NCBI GenBank assembly: GCA_012103455.1
Contig: WLWT01000001.1
Location: 2,795,288 to 2,859,287 of the forward strand
Source: Gammaproteobacteria bacterium
GTDB lineage: Bacteria > Pseudomonadota > Gammaproteobacteria > HK1
Reading direction: 5' to 3'
DNA length: 64,000 nucleotides
Below the pieces are notes generated by a model. It ran no database searches. It was not told the DNA's origin and saw nothing but the letters and a program-made list of their open reading frames with translations. A program made the position numbers and the translations under genes. The stretch's first letter is position 1. Each line of letters begins with the position of its first letter. Of this stretch, positions 44,857 to 59,310 are shown piece by piece.

Positions 44857-44999
44857 GGGGCGCCTGCTAAAAATAGTCATTTTTTCGTGAGTGCAAGGAA
44901 GCACCGCGCGCAGAACCGCAGTGTATAGGCGATACATGAGGATTGGAGCACGGCGCTGACGCCGCAATCGCGGAAAAGTGCATTTTTAGCGGGTGCCCC
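44857..44999. mobile_element. MITE-like element, family A, uninterrupted reference copy (~143 bp, ~30-bp imperfect TIRs)
   Basis: Left end ggggcgcctgctaaaaatagtcattttttcg, right end cgcggaaaagtgcatttttagcgggtgcccc (inverted). Intergenic between pduO-like and the cyclase gene. Confidence 0.55.
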
Positions 45000-45185
45000 A
45001 AGGCGATGAGCACCGCTTTGATGGCCTTGAAGAAACCGCTTAGGAGTAAGTCAACTTGAAAGAGTGCCAAGTGCATCCCATGTGGTGCGAATGCCTCGAC
45101 ACCGGACTACATTCTGGTCTTTTCTTCACGTTTAACGTCCCCCCTGTTCAACTCAGTTAGTCCATGCTCGACTAGGCTATTCGTT

Positions 45186-45218
45186 TTACGTCTTTTGGCG
45201 TTTTACGTCTTTTGGCTT
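45186..45218. repeat. tandem 16-bp repeat (cgttttacgtcttttggc x2) immediately upstream of the cyclase gene
   Basis: Seen directly. Ends ~20 bp before the ATG at 45239. A GGAGG RBS follows. Confidence 0.4.
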
Positions 45219-45238
45219 CCTGCAATGCTGGAGGAACA

Positions 45239-46924
45239 ATGCCGGCGACCAAAGAAATTGAAGCTTTGCCAGTTGTTGAAATTCCGAGCATAGAGACTTT
45301 GGATGTAGAGCCAGCCCGGACCCGCGTGCGCGCCTGGGTGGATGAGGCCATCATCGTCGATAGCACCGGGGCACTGGTTTTGCGGGAGGGGAACTTTAGC
45401 CCGGTTTATTATTTCCCTCAAAACGATGTGCGCATGGATCGGTTCACGAAGACGGAGCATTCCACCTATTGTCCTTTTAAGGGCAACGCCTCGTACTGGA
45501 CGCTACGGGTAGGTGAGCGGGCGCTGCAAAATGTTATGTGGAGCTATGAGCATCCTTACGAGGAAGCCCGGCAGTTGGCCAAATATGTGGCTTTCTACAC
45601 TGATAGGCTGGATGCTGTGCACGCGGAACCGCAGGGCGAGCCGGACGGGCAGAGCTGTGTTCCAGCCTCCAAGGGCTCGGCGCTCAAACCTACTGTACAT
45701 AAACATCCAGGGTCTGCGCAGGTACCCGCACAAGCCAATCCGTTACTGACGTGGTTGCTGTACGAGGCGCCAATGCTCACTACACCCGCACAGTTGACCG
45801 CTGAGTTGGCGCAGCGCCTACAGGCTTGTGGCATGGAGCTGGCCCGCTTGAATGTCGTTATTCGCACGCTGCACCCGCAGATTGTAGGTCATGCTTACCG
45901 GTGGGCGTTCGGATTACAGGATGTTGAGATTTTTCCTCTCTCATATGAGCTATTGCAAACTGCGGAGTATTTGAATAGTCCGTTTGTGCCCATTTATGAG
46001 GGGGCCGGTGGTATTCGAAGACGTCTCTTCGGTGATGCGCCGCAGCTCGACTATCCCATCTTGTCTAAATTACGCGAGGAAGGCGTCACTGATTACGTGG
46101 CGATGCCGCTGGTATTCAGCGACGGTGCGCTACACGTGCTGACCCTGTGCTCTTACAGACAGGGCGGCTTTACGACCCAGGAACTAGGCTGGCTCTACGA
46201 AGTGCTGGCGGTGCTCGCGCGGCTCTACGAGGTACACGCCCGCAAGGGTATCGCGCTTAATTTGTTGCAAACCTATCTGGGCCCGCAAACAGGAGGGCGG
46301 GTGCTGGATGGCAAGATCCGCCGCGGTGATGCTGAAGATATCTCTGCCGTTATCTGGTTTTGTGATCTACGCAGCTCTACGCAATTGGCGCAGCGCCTTG
46401 GGCGGCGCGCGTTTTTGCGGCTGCTCAATGAATTCTTCGATCACTTAGCGGCACCTATCGCCCGTCATGGCGGCGAGATACTGCGTTTTATAGGCGATGC
46501 GGCCTTGGCCATATTCCCCATCGCCAGGGACGAGCACGCGAGCTGTCAAGCGCACGACGCGGTCACTAGAGCGCTGACAGCGGTGGATGAGGCTGTGGCT
46601 AGGGTGGCGGCCATGAACGCTGCCAGGAGCGCAAAAAGCGAGATCACCGTCGATTTCGGCATCGGTCTACATCTAGGTGAAGTGACTTACGGCAATATAG
46701 GCACCGATGAGCGTCTGGAATTCACCGTCATCGGCGAGGCGGCCAACTTTGCCGCGCGGGTCGAAGCGCAGTGTAAAAGCCTGGGTCACAATGTTCTGTT
46801 ATCCGCAGCGGTGGCGGCGCATTTTCCTGGCCGGTTCGCTTCCCTGGGGCACCATGAGCTGCGTGGTGTGCCGGGTAAACACAAGCTGTTCACCTTGGAA
46901 TCCGGCCTAGGGGGGATCGCTTAA
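45239..46924 (+). CDS. DUF427-domain / class III adenylate-guanylate cyclase fusion protein
   Basis: N-terminal DUF427-like region (FSPVYYFPQNDVRMDRF...HSTYCPFKGNASYWTL). C-terminal cyclase domain (VIWFCDLRSSTQL...FIGDAALAIFP...GIGLHLGEVTYGNIGT...FTVIGEAANFAARV). Confidence 0.75.
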   Translation: MPATKEIEALPVVEIPSIETLDVEPARTRVRAWVDEAIIVDSTGALVLREGNFSPVYYFPQNDVRMDRFTKTEHSTYCPFKGNASYWTLRVGERALQNVMWSYEHPYEEARQLAKYVAFYTDRLDAVHAEPQGEPDGQSCVPASKGSALKPTVHKHPGSAQVPAQANPLLTWLLYEAPMLTTPAQLTAELAQRLQACGMELARLNVVIRTLHPQIVGHAYRWAFGLQDVEIFPLSYELLQTAEYLNSPFVPIYEGAGGIRRRLFGDAPQLDYPILSKLREEGVTDYVAMPLVFSDGALHVLTLCSYRQGGFTTQELGWLYEVLAVLARLYEVHARKGIALNLLQTYLGPQTGGRVLDGKIRRGDAEDISAVIWFCDLRSSTQLAQRLGRRAFLRLLNEFFDHLAAPIARHGGEILRFIGDAALAIFPIARDEHASCQAHDAVTRALTAVDEAVARVAAMNAARSAKSEITVDFGIGLHLGEVTYGNIGTDERLEFTVIGEAANFAARVEAQCKSLGHNVLLSAAVAAHFPGRFASLGHHELRGVPGKHKLFTLESGLGGIA

Positions 46925-48696
46925 GCGCCAGAACTTAAGGCCCCGGAACTCGATTCGTCCCAACTCGAGGTGGCCCGCTTGGCCAGCAGTTTATCGGCGA
47001 TAAACGCATCGCGCCCATAGATATCGTGACGGAATTGAACGCGGCCGTCCCGCCCCACCCAAGCGGTGCGGTAGATGAGGTGTACCGGTACCGACTGCGG
47101 TAGATCGACAGCGGTGCGCGCGCCCCTGTTCACGGCGTCCTCAATACTCGATCGTTCCCAACCGTCCTTGCCATGTAGCAAGTACTCCGCCATCGCCATC
47201 GGTTTTGCCACCCGGATGCACCCGGAGCTGAAGGTGCGCACCGGCTTGTTGAACAGATTGCGCGACGGTGTGTCGTGCAGGTAGACGGCGAATGGGTTTT
47301 TGAACATGAATTTAACCCGTCCAAGCGCGTTGGCGGGGCCCGGATCTTGGCGCATCCTGAAGGGCAATACACCGCCGTGCCCGGCGACGCTCTGCCAGTC
47401 GATGTTTTCCCGGCTGAGTTCCTCTCCGGTGCTTTTGTCGAACAAACGTAGTCCTTCATCGACCATGTAGTACGGATCTTGCAGCATTCTCGGGAACAGA
47501 TCTTTGCGGGCGATGGACTCCGGAACGTTCCAGTCGGGGTTGATTTCAAGCCAGGTGAGTTGGCCCGAGAAGATAGGTGTTTTACGCACACGGCGGCCGA
47601 CTATGATGGCCATATCCATCACCAACTCACCGTCTTCAATGATCTCCAAGGCGAAGCCCGGCACGTTGACCAATACATAGCGTTGGCCCAGATCGGTCGG
47701 CAGCCAGCGCGCCCGTTCCATGTTGGCAACGATTTGCTCGACCCGCTCCTCGGCACTCATGCGCAGCGCCCGTTGGGTGCGCTTGCCGACGATGCCGTCC
47801 ATGGCCAAGCCGTGACGGCGTTGGAAGTCGATAACGGCGTCGTAAAGAGGCTGATCGTAGTGCGGCGAGTTAAGGCCCGCATCGAGCAGATCGCCGGTTA
47901 CGAAAAGGCGCTCGCGTAAAGTGGGTATGCGCTCGTCGAGGTCGCCCAGTTCAAGACTCTTGCCGGCGGGCATGAGCGGCCAGCCGCCGGCCTTGACCAG
48001 TGCCCGGTAGCGCACCAGGGCTTCGCGCATGCTGGCATAGAGCGCATTGTCAGGTGCCAACAGGGCCAGATGTTCCGTTACATCTGCCGTAGCCGCGATG
48101 CCAGCCAATAACACGGCTGGATCGGTAGGCTCGGGCCGGCGCATGCCCCGTTGGCGTACCGCCAGAGAATCCGGATGAGTGCCCTGCAAGTCTTGGATGT
48201 AGCGCACGAAGTCCAACGAGGCTTCGAGTTCAAGCGCTGCCAGCGCTTCGGGCGTGCGCGGGTTCAGGGCGTGATCATGTCCCAGGGCATAGCGTCCGGG
48301 ATTCAAGCCTTCATCGGCCGCCGTGCGCAGTTTGCCGCGCAACGCCTCAATGCGTTCCATACCTTGTCCCGCGCTAAACCACACCGGTTGAAATTGACGG
48401 GTCTCATAGCTTTGTCTGAGCGCATGAAACGGGTTTTGTTGCGGCAGTCCGGCGCCTAGAAGACCGCTCAAAACAGCGGCGATGGGTTCGATACTGTCTA
48501 TAAGAGGGCCGTCTATAAGAGCTAAAGTTTTAGCGGGGGGGGCGCCTGCTCTTTGAATATCTCCACCTTGGGTATCTGCTTGCTGAATATCTGTTCGTTG
48601 GAAAGTTTCATCCGTTTTAAGAGCGTGCGCGCAATAGGCGCTGTTGGACGCCATTAGAGCACTCGCCGCGATGAGGGCGATGGTCAAGCGTTGCAA
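46921..48696 (-). CDS. L,D-transpeptidase family protein (YcbB/LdtD-like) with peptidoglycan-binding domain and signal peptide
   Basis: PG-binding motif YDAVIDFQRRHGLAMDGIVGKRT. YkuD catalytic region FAVYLHDTPSRNLFNKPVRTFSSGCIRV. Confidence 0.8.
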   Translation of the reverse strand: MQRLTIALIAASALMASNSAYCAHALKTDETFQRTDIQQADTQGGDIQRAGAPPAKTLALIDGPLIDSIEPIAAVLSGLLGAGLPQQNPFHALRQSYETRQFQPVWFSAGQGMERIEALRGKLRTAADEGLNPGRYALGHDHALNPRTPEALAALELEASLDFVRYIQDLQGTHPDSLAVRQRGMRRPEPTDPAVLLAGIAATADVTEHLALLAPDNALYASMREALVRYRALVKAGGWPLMPAGKSLELGDLDERIPTLRERLFVTGDLLDAGLNSPHYDQPLYDAVIDFQRRHGLAMDGIVGKRTQRALRMSAEERVEQIVANMERARWLPTDLGQRYVLVNVPGFALEIIEDGELVMDMAIIVGRRVRKTPIFSGQLTWLEINPDWNVPESIARKDLFPRMLQDPYYMVDEGLRLFDKSTGEELSRENIDWQSVAGHGGVLPFRMRQDPGPANALGRVKFMFKNPFAVYLHDTPSRNLFNKPVRTFSSGCIRVAKPMAMAEYLLHGKDGWERSSIEDAVNRGARTAVDLPQSVPVHLIYRTAWVGRDGRVQFRHDIYGRDAFIADKLLAKRATSSWDESSSGALSSGA

Positions 48697-48896
48697 TTCG
48701 AAACTCCCTCCCGGTGACGGCGGCTAGCACTCCTAATTGCGCTCGCCATGACAGTTGAAACCAGCTTGTGCTGCGCCGGCCATTCAACGACGAATTGTAG
48801 CTGAGTAACAGGGGCGGCACAGTGAGCCTTGAGCAATCTTGCGAGTCTGTTCGTTGCCCGCCGCCGCCCGCGTGAGGCCGTCGGATAGGCCGGCGT

Positions 48897-49736
48897 TCAG
48901 TCCACGGTCCACCGTTCTAGCGCCCATCGCTTGATCGCTTCGAGGCCTGCCGTGGGTCTCCAAGCCGGGGGTTCGAGTCCCAGAAATCGTAAGGTCTCGC
49001 GCCAGAGCCGTACGGCGGGTTCGTTGCAGGTCGCTGGCGCGTGATTTTGTTTGCTGAGTTTTCGTCCATGCGCATCGCATAACACGGGCACATGGCAGTA
49101 TTGCGCAGCGGGTAAGGCCAATGTTCGACCAAGGTAGAGTTGAGGGCCGGTGGAGGCCAGCAGATCTGCTCCGCGCACCACGTGGCTCACGTTTTCATCG
49201 CTGTCATCGATCACCGTGACCAAATGATAAGCGTAAACGCCATCGGCTCTGCGCACGATGAAGTCGCCCGTGGTAGTAGGGAGATCGCAGGTGATGAGGC
49301 CCCGCGCGGCGTCGGTGAAGCGCAGCGGTTCATCATTGACGCGAAGGCGCACGGAGCGGCTCTTTCGCCCCGCCGCCAGACCGCCGCGGCAAGTGCCCGG
49401 GTACGGTTTTCTGCCTACCTCTTTGCGGCTGCACGCACAGTCGAAGACCGCGTTCTTGGCCCGCAATGCGGACAGTGCCTCGGCGTAGCGCTGCAAACGT
49501 GTGCTCTGGCGGCGTACGGGTCCGTCATGGTTGAGCCCTAGACGGTGCAGTTCAGCGAGGATGGCCTGTTCCGCGCCTGGCCGGGTGCGCGAGCTGTCGA
49601 TATCGTCCATGCGTACGAACCAATAACCACCCCTGGCACGGGCCGCCAGGTAGCTGGCGATGGCCGCGACCAAGGATCCGGCGTGCAGCGGTCCGGATGG
49701 CGATGGCGCGAAGCGCCCGCGGTAGTTTTCGTTCAA
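48897..49736 (-). CDS. gluQ: glutamyl-Q tRNA(Asp) synthetase
   Basis: GRFAPSPSGPLHAGSL (HIGH-type) and truncated GluRS catalytic domain pattern of about 280 aa. Confidence 0.8.
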   Translation of the reverse strand: MNENYRGRFAPSPSGPLHAGSLVAAIASYLAARARGGYWFVRMDDIDSSRTRPGAEQAILAELHRLGLNHDGPVRRQSTRLQRYAEALSALRAKNAVFDCACSRKEVGRKPYPGTCRGGLAAGRKSRSVRLRVNDEPLRFTDAARGLITCDLPTTTGDFIVRRADGVYAYHLVTVIDDSDENVSHVVRGADLLASTGPQLYLGRTLALPAAQYCHVPVLCDAHGRKLSKQNHAPATCNEPAVRLWRETLRFLGLEPPAWRPTAGLEAIKRWALERWTVD

Positions 49737-49808
49737 GAGCTTATTGATTCAATGGCTGACTGGTCCGCTACGCTCTCTACGGCGCCGTGCCTCATGGCTC
49801 TCGCTGCC

Positions 49809-50573
49809 TCATGGGCCCCGCCTTATGGGTCCGGCTGTTTCCTTGAGTTGCTTGACCCAAAAGACGGTGGCTCCCGCTACTGCCGCGGGAATGGCGATAA
49901 GGTTGAGGAAGGGGATGGCGATTACCACGGTGACCATGGCGCCAAAACCGATAGCTGCCAATCGGCATTGTGTCACCTTGGCGCGCTGCTCTTTGAATCC
50001 GTAGCCATGATTGCCCATGGGAAAATCCACGTAGCTGATGGCGAGCATCCAGGCACTGAAGGCGAACCAGATAAACGGCGCCACCAGTTGGATACCGGGG
50101 ATGAAAAAGAGTGTTCCCAGCAGCGCCATGCGGGGCAGTATGTAGGCGAGCTTGCGTAACTCGGAGGTGAGCGCGATACCGGCGTCTTTAGCGATGGCCT
50201 TGAGGCCGTGCTCACCGCCCGCAAGCGGTGCGCCGGTGAGTTCGTGTTCCACCGCTTCGGCGAGCACGCCGTTGAAGGGCGCGGCTATGAGGTTGGCGGC
50301 GATGGCAAAGGTGTAGAAGCCGAATACAGCCAAGGCCAAAGCAAACAGTGGCCACATGAGCCACAGCAATATTTCCGGCACGTTTGCGGCGAGGGTGTTG
50401 ACCCAGCCGTTGAATTGGCTAGCGCCCCACCAAAATAAACCCAAAAACAGGATGACATTGATGGCCAAGGGGAAGATCACGAAACGGCGCAGCCTCGGGC
50501 GCAGGATCAAGCGCAGGCCCATGAAGAAGTACAACGCCCCCATCACCGGGTTGTTTTGCAGGATGCTGGTCAT
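49809..50573 (-). CDS. cysZ: sulfate transporter CysZ
   Basis: CysZ/EI24 family pattern (MGALYFFMGLRLILRPRLRRFV...), 4-6 TM. Confidence 0.7.
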   Translation of the reverse strand: MTSILQNNPVMGALYFFMGLRLILRPRLRRFVIFPLAINVILFLGLFWWGASQFNGWVNTLAANVPEILLWLMWPLFALALAVFGFYTFAIAANLIAAPFNGVLAEAVEHELTGAPLAGGEHGLKAIAKDAGIALTSELRKLAYILPRMALLGTLFFIPGIQLVAPFIWFAFSAWMLAISYVDFPMGNHGYGFKEQRAKVTQCRLAAIGFGAMVTVVIAIPFLNLIAIPAAVAGATVFWVKQLKETAGPIRRGP

Positions 50574-50974
50574 GATCTTCGCGATACCCCCTTCAAGCGA
50601 CGCTGGCGGCTATGCGCCATCTTTTGGCTCTTAGCTGGCGCTTAGGCCATTGACAGCACCCCGGATGGGTGGCTGGCCTAAGGCTATTGGATTCGAGGGG
50701 ATGTGGAGGCCGGGACGTCCCAAATCAAGCGCAATTCAAGGTAGGATAGCAGACCGCGCACAGCCAGCATGTGGGCCGCGCGTAACGTGGCGGCACCTCC
50801 CACAACCGCCTGAAATTGCTTTAATTTGCGCTTGCTTTGAGTGTGCCTTCGCCGATGCGCTTCAGCTTGATTGCGGTAACCTTGGCGCCCGCCCATAGGC
50901 TCCTATCCAACCAGCCCCCAAGCGGCCAGCGCACGTTTTGCTGCGCGCGCATCGGCCGGAGGCAAAGACACTAG

Positions 50975-53900
50975 ATGCGCTTGCGCAAAATCAATTTGGC
51001 CGGCTTTAAGTCTTTCGTCGATCCCACTACGATCGAGTTCCCCGGCGATCTGGTGGGCATTGTTGGTCCGAATGGGTGCGGTAAGTCCAACGTTATCGAT
51101 GCCGTGCGTTGGGTGATGGGGGAGATTTCCGCCCGCCACCTGCGCGGCGATTCGATGGCCGATGTCATTTTCAACGGCTCCACTACCCGCAAGCCGGTGG
51201 GGCAGGCCAGTGTAGAGCTGATCTTCGATAACGCCGATGGCCGTCTAGGCGAACGTTATGCCGCTTACGCCGAGATCTCGGTGCGCCGGCAGGTGGGGCG
51301 GGAGGGCAGCTCGGCTTATTCCCTCAACGGCACCCGCTGCCGCCGGCGCGATGTCACCGATCTGTTCTTGGGTACGGGTTTGGGGCCGCGCAGCTACGCG
51401 GTCATCGAACAGGGCATGATCTCGCGCATCGTCGAAGCCCGTCCCGAGGAGTTGCGCGATTATCTGGAAGAAGTGGCCGGGATCTCGCGCTACAAAGAAC
51501 GCCGCCGCGACACGGAAAACCGTATGCGCCATACCCGCGAACATTTGGAGCGGCTCACCGATGTACGTCTGGAACTCGAAAAACAGTTAACCCGGCTCTA
51601 CCGGCAAGCGTGTCAAGCGCAGCGCTACAAGGCGCTCAAGGCCGAGGAGCGCCAGCTAGAAGTAGAACTATTGGCGTTGCAGTGGCAGCGCTTGGCCGCG
51701 GAGGCGGCGCGGCAAGCACAGTTGGTGCAGACCCAGGCGACGGCGGTGGAAAGTACGCTGGCGGAGCTGCGAGGTAGAGAAAGTGCTATCGAGCAAGCGC
51801 GCGAGCAGCAAACAGCGCTGTCCGAGGCGGCTAATGAAGCGTATAGACAGGTGCTCGAGGCCTCGGCGGAGGTGGGCCGTACCGAGGAGATCATCGACGG
51901 GCTGACACGGCGCGAGGGCGCTCTCGCAGAGAGCTTGCAACGCGAGCAGGCTACTGTTGATGAGGTGCGCGCCCATCTGGCTGCTAGCGTGGCGCAACTC
52001 GATGAACTGCGCGCGAAGCTGGGCCAAGCCGAACCCGCTCTGGCGCAACTGGAGGAGGAGATGGGCCGGGCCAAAGAGCGCTTTGCCGCCAGTGAACGGG
52101 CGGTGAACGAGTGGCAAGCCGGTTGGGAAGATTTGGCCCGGCGCATACGCATGCCAGCGGAAGCGGCCCAGGCTGAACGGACCCGCATCGAGGGTCTGGA
52201 GGAACGTATCCAACGCATCGGTGAGCGCGAGCGCCGGCTCGGTGCAGAGCGCGGCGAGCTGGACTTATCTGCGGCGCAAAGCGCCGTGCACACGGCAGTG
52301 CAAACGCGCGAGCGGTGCCAGCAGGAGGAGACCGGGGCGCAGGCAGGGTTGCAAGAAAACCTCGCACGAGTGCGCGAGCTGCGCGAGCAGGCTAGCGCTG
52401 GCGCGCGCCGCTTACATGAGCTGCGGGCCGAGCACCTGAATGCGCAGAGTACCTACGCATCGCTCAGCGCATTGCAGCGTGAAGCGCTGGAGCGCAACGA
52501 CGCGGCGTTGACGCGGTGGATAGAAGCCAATGATCTTGCGCAAGCTGGCCGCTTGGCCGATGCATTGCGGGTGGCGCCGGGGTGGGAGCGGGCCGTGGAG
52601 ATGACCTTGGAGCAGATGCTGCAAGCTCTAATCGTCCCGCGCCTGGAGGGCGTCTCCTTTGATGGCATCTCGGGTCCTCTAGGCTTGATAGCCAATGACT
52701 CGATGGGTACCGGCGAGGCGAATCGAGCCACAGAGGGTGCGCCGCATGACGCATTGGCGGCGCAGGTGCAGCCCGCCGCTTTGGTAAGGGATTTGCTGTG
52801 GGGCGCGCGCACTGTGGCGAGTATTGAACAGGGCATTGCCAGGCGCGCCGAACTGGGCGCTGGAGAATATTTCGTCACCCCGCAAGGCGCCCGTATCGCA
52901 CCAGCGGTGCTACGTGTTCCCTGCGCCAAGGATGCTGAGAGCGGTGTCATTGTGCGGGCACAGCAGATCCGGGAGTTGGAAGAGGTATTGGCGGCGCGGG
53001 CGGCGGCGGCCAGCGAGGCGCAAGCGCAGCACAACACCTTGCAACAGCGCTTGCAAGCAGCAGAGGCGGCGGCCGAGCAGGCGCGCAGCGCTGCCAATGA
53101 TGCTCACCGCCAATACAGTGTCGCCGCCGCCCGATTAGACGGGGCACAGCGTGATTTGCAGGCGCTCGAAGACCGCGCGGCGCGCCTCGCTGGAGAAAGT
53201 GAGGCGCTGAGTACCCGCTGGCAGGAATCGCACGAGCAATTAAATGCCGCAAAGCGGCGGTTGGCGCAGGCTACTGACGAGTTGGCGCAGGTGGAAACCG
53301 AGCGTTCGCAGTGGTCGCTTGACCGCGATGAGCTGCGCGGTGCCCTCGAGCACGCCCGGGATGAATGGTACCAGCTCCGCGACAACGGTTATCAGCTCGG
53401 TTTGCAAGTCGAGGGGTGGCGTACGCGGGTCGCTTCACTGGAAGAGTCCAATCTTCGGTATACGCAGGATCGTAGCCGTTTAGAGGTCCACTGCATGAAG
53501 CTTGCAGAGGAATTACAAGGGCTCGCAGAGCCTTTGCGCGAAGCGCGCGAGAGGCTACAGGAAAAAGTCGCTGCGCACCGGCAAACCGAAGCCGTGCTGA
53601 GGGATCGGCGTACCGCCGCGGAGGCCGGTGAGGCGGCGCTGCGTGAGCTGGACGGCGCCCGCGCGAATGCCAGTGTCAACGCTGATGCGGCCCGCGAAAC
53701 ACTGGCCGCTATGCGCCTCGAAGCGCGCGAAAGCGTGGTGCGAAGAGATACGGTGCACGAGCAGCTAGCCGAGCGGTACGATGTATCGGGCAAGCATGCA
53801 CTGGTTGAGAGTGAGGCGGACGTCGGTGAACCCGGCGCCAGCGAAGCGAGCGTGCACGGCCCGCAGGCCATACTCGAGGCATTGGATGAAGGCGCGGATG

Positions 53901-54568
53901 AGGCCATATGGACGCAGCGGCTGGCCGAGCTGGCGCAGCGCATCTCGCGGCTGGGCGCGATCAATTTGGCGGCCATTGATGAGCACAAGGAACTGGTGGA
54001 GCGCAAAACCTATCTGGATGCCCAACACGCCGATCTGGAGGAGGCACTGGCCACGTTGGATGCGGCCATATTGCGCATAGACGGGGAGACCCGCACGCGC
54101 TTCAAAGATACCTTCGACAAGGCCAGTCAAGGGCTGGGTACGCGCTTCCCCAAGTTGTTCGGTGGCGGTCAAGCATACTTGCAGTTGAGCGATAATGATC
54201 TTCTGACCGCGGGCGTCTCCGTGATGGCGCAGCCTCCAGGCAAACGCAATAGTACGATTCAGTTGCTGTCGGGTGGCGAGAAAGCGCTGTGCGCGGTGGC
54301 CTTGGTGTTTGCGCTGTTCGATTTGAATCCAGCGCCGTTTTGCCTACTCGATGAGGTGGATGCGCCTCTAGATGATGCCAATGTGGGACGTTTTAGTGAG
54401 TTGGTGAAGGAGATAGCCGAGCAAGTGCAGATGCTGGTGGTCACGCACAACAAAGTCACCATGGAGGTAGTGCAGCAGCTTGTGGGGGTGACCATGAATG
54501 AACCGGGTGTGTCGCGCCTGGTGACGGTCGATATGGACGAGGCCGTGGCCATGGTAGACGGCGGCTAA
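50975..54568 (+). CDS. smc: chromosome segregation protein SMC
   Basis: Walker A GPNGCGKSN at the N-terminus, long coiled coils, hinge, C-terminal signature LSGGEKALCAVALVFAL and Walker B LLDEVDAPLD. Confidence 0.9.
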   Translation: MRLRKINLAGFKSFVDPTTIEFPGDLVGIVGPNGCGKSNVIDAVRWVMGEISARHLRGDSMADVIFNGSTTRKPVGQASVELIFDNADGRLGERYAAYAEISVRRQVGREGSSAYSLNGTRCRRRDVTDLFLGTGLGPRSYAVIEQGMISRIVEARPEELRDYLEEVAGISRYKERRRDTENRMRHTREHLERLTDVRLELEKQLTRLYRQACQAQRYKALKAEERQLEVELLALQWQRLAAEAARQAQLVQTQATAVESTLAELRGRESAIEQAREQQTALSEAANEAYRQVLEASAEVGRTEEIIDGLTRREGALAESLQREQATVDEVRAHLAASVAQLDELRAKLGQAEPALAQLEEEMGRAKERFAASERAVNEWQAGWEDLARRIRMPAEAAQAERTRIEGLEERIQRIGERERRLGAERGELDLSAAQSAVHTAVQTRERCQQEETGAQAGLQENLARVRELREQASAGARRLHELRAEHLNAQSTYASLSALQREALERNDAALTRWIEANDLAQAGRLADALRVAPGWERAVEMTLEQMLQALIVPRLEGVSFDGISGPLGLIANDSMGTGEANRATEGAPHDALAAQVQPAALVRDLLWGARTVASIEQGIARRAELGAGEYFVTPQGARIAPAVLRVPCAKDAESGVIVRAQQIRELEEVLAARAAAASEAQAQHNTLQQRLQAAEAAAEQARSAANDAHRQYSVAAARLDGAQRDLQALEDRAARLAGESEALSTRWQESHEQLNAAKRRLAQATDELAQVETERSQWSLDRDELRGALEHARDEWYQLRDNGYQLGLQVEGWRTRVASLEESNLRYTQDRSRLEVHCMKLAEELQGLAEPLREARERLQEKVAAHRQTEAVLRDRRTAAEAGEAALRELDGARANASVNADAARETLAAMRLEARESVVRRDTVHEQLAERYDVSGKHALVESEADVGEPGASEASVHGPQAILEALDEGADEAIWTQRLAELAQRISRLGAINLAAIDEHKELVERKTYLDAQHADLEEALATLDAAILRIDGETRTRFKDTFDKASQGLGTRFPKLFGGGQAYLQLSDNDLLTAGVSVMAQPPGKRNSTIQLLSGGEKALCAVALVFALFDLNPAPFCLLDEVDAPLDDANVGRFSELVKEIAEQVQMLVVTHNKVTMEVVQQLVGVTMNEPGVSRLVTVDMDEAVAMVDGG

Positions 54569-54592
54569 CCACCAAGCATCGGCGGCAGCGCG

Positions 54593-58580
<3,988 letters not shown>

Positions 58581-58728
58581 GCGCTGCCAAGCCTACCGGC
58601 TCTAGCAGTGTGCGCAGCCGTGGTTTGCGCCCTCGTCTAAAGCGGCCAGCGTATTGACTCAGTGCTGTGCAAGTGACTTCCCTCCAGGAGATAGTGTTGG
58701 ACAGGCTTGAATTGAGAGAGCGACAGCC

Positions 58729-59256
58729 ATGAATGGGCAAGTCAGATTGCTGGAAGGCGGCGAGCTCCATCAAGCGGTGATTCACGATGGCTTGCTAAGC
58801 GCCCAGCAATGGGTGTGGATTGCTACCGCCGATCTCAAAGACATGCACGTGCAAATCGACCGCGCTTTTGTGCCCATACTGGAGCAATTCGATCGCATGG
58901 CGCAACGGGGGGTGCGTTTTCGTATCGTGCATAGCGCGCTGCCGTCGCGCCCGTTCAGAGCTACCCTGGAGGGCTTCAAAGCGCTGACCGGGGGCGGCCT
59001 GGAACTCCAGATCTGTCCGCGCTGTCATTGGAAACTGGTGCTCGTCGATGGCCGCTTTGCTTATTGCGGCTCGGCTAATTTCACCGGTGCGGGTTTGGGC
59101 GCCAAAAACATCCACAAGCGCAATCTGGAGCTGGGTTTGGTCACCGAGGACGCTGCTTGGGTAGCACGGCTTACGGCTATCTTCGATCGCTTTTGGATAG
59201 GCGCCCATTGCCAAGCGTGCAAGCTGCGGGCCGCCTGCCCGGATCCGATATCTTAA
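58729..59256 (+). CDS. phospholipase D-family (single HKD motif, Nuc-like) protein without signal peptide
   Basis: HWKLVLVDGRFAYCGSANFT is an HxK(x)4D(x)6GSxN motif. Confidence 0.7.
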   Translation: MNGQVRLLEGGELHQAVIHDGLLSAQQWVWIATADLKDMHVQIDRAFVPILEQFDRMAQRGVRFRIVHSALPSRPFRATLEGFKALTGGGLELQICPRCHWKLVLVDGRFAYCGSANFTGAGLGAKNIHKRNLELGLVTEDAAWVARLTAIFDRFWIGAHCQACKLRAACPDPIS

Positions 59257-59310
59257 AGTGTTTTCCAACTCATCACCTCGCGTGCCTATACCCCCTCGAC
59301 TAAAAGCCTC

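Noticed and set aside
51245-54172. Minus-strand ORFs inside smc (51625..52293, 52453..53097, 53392..54006)
   Set aside because: Antisense to smc, which has full-length Walker A / signature / Walker B features. Typical GC-rich shadow ORFs.
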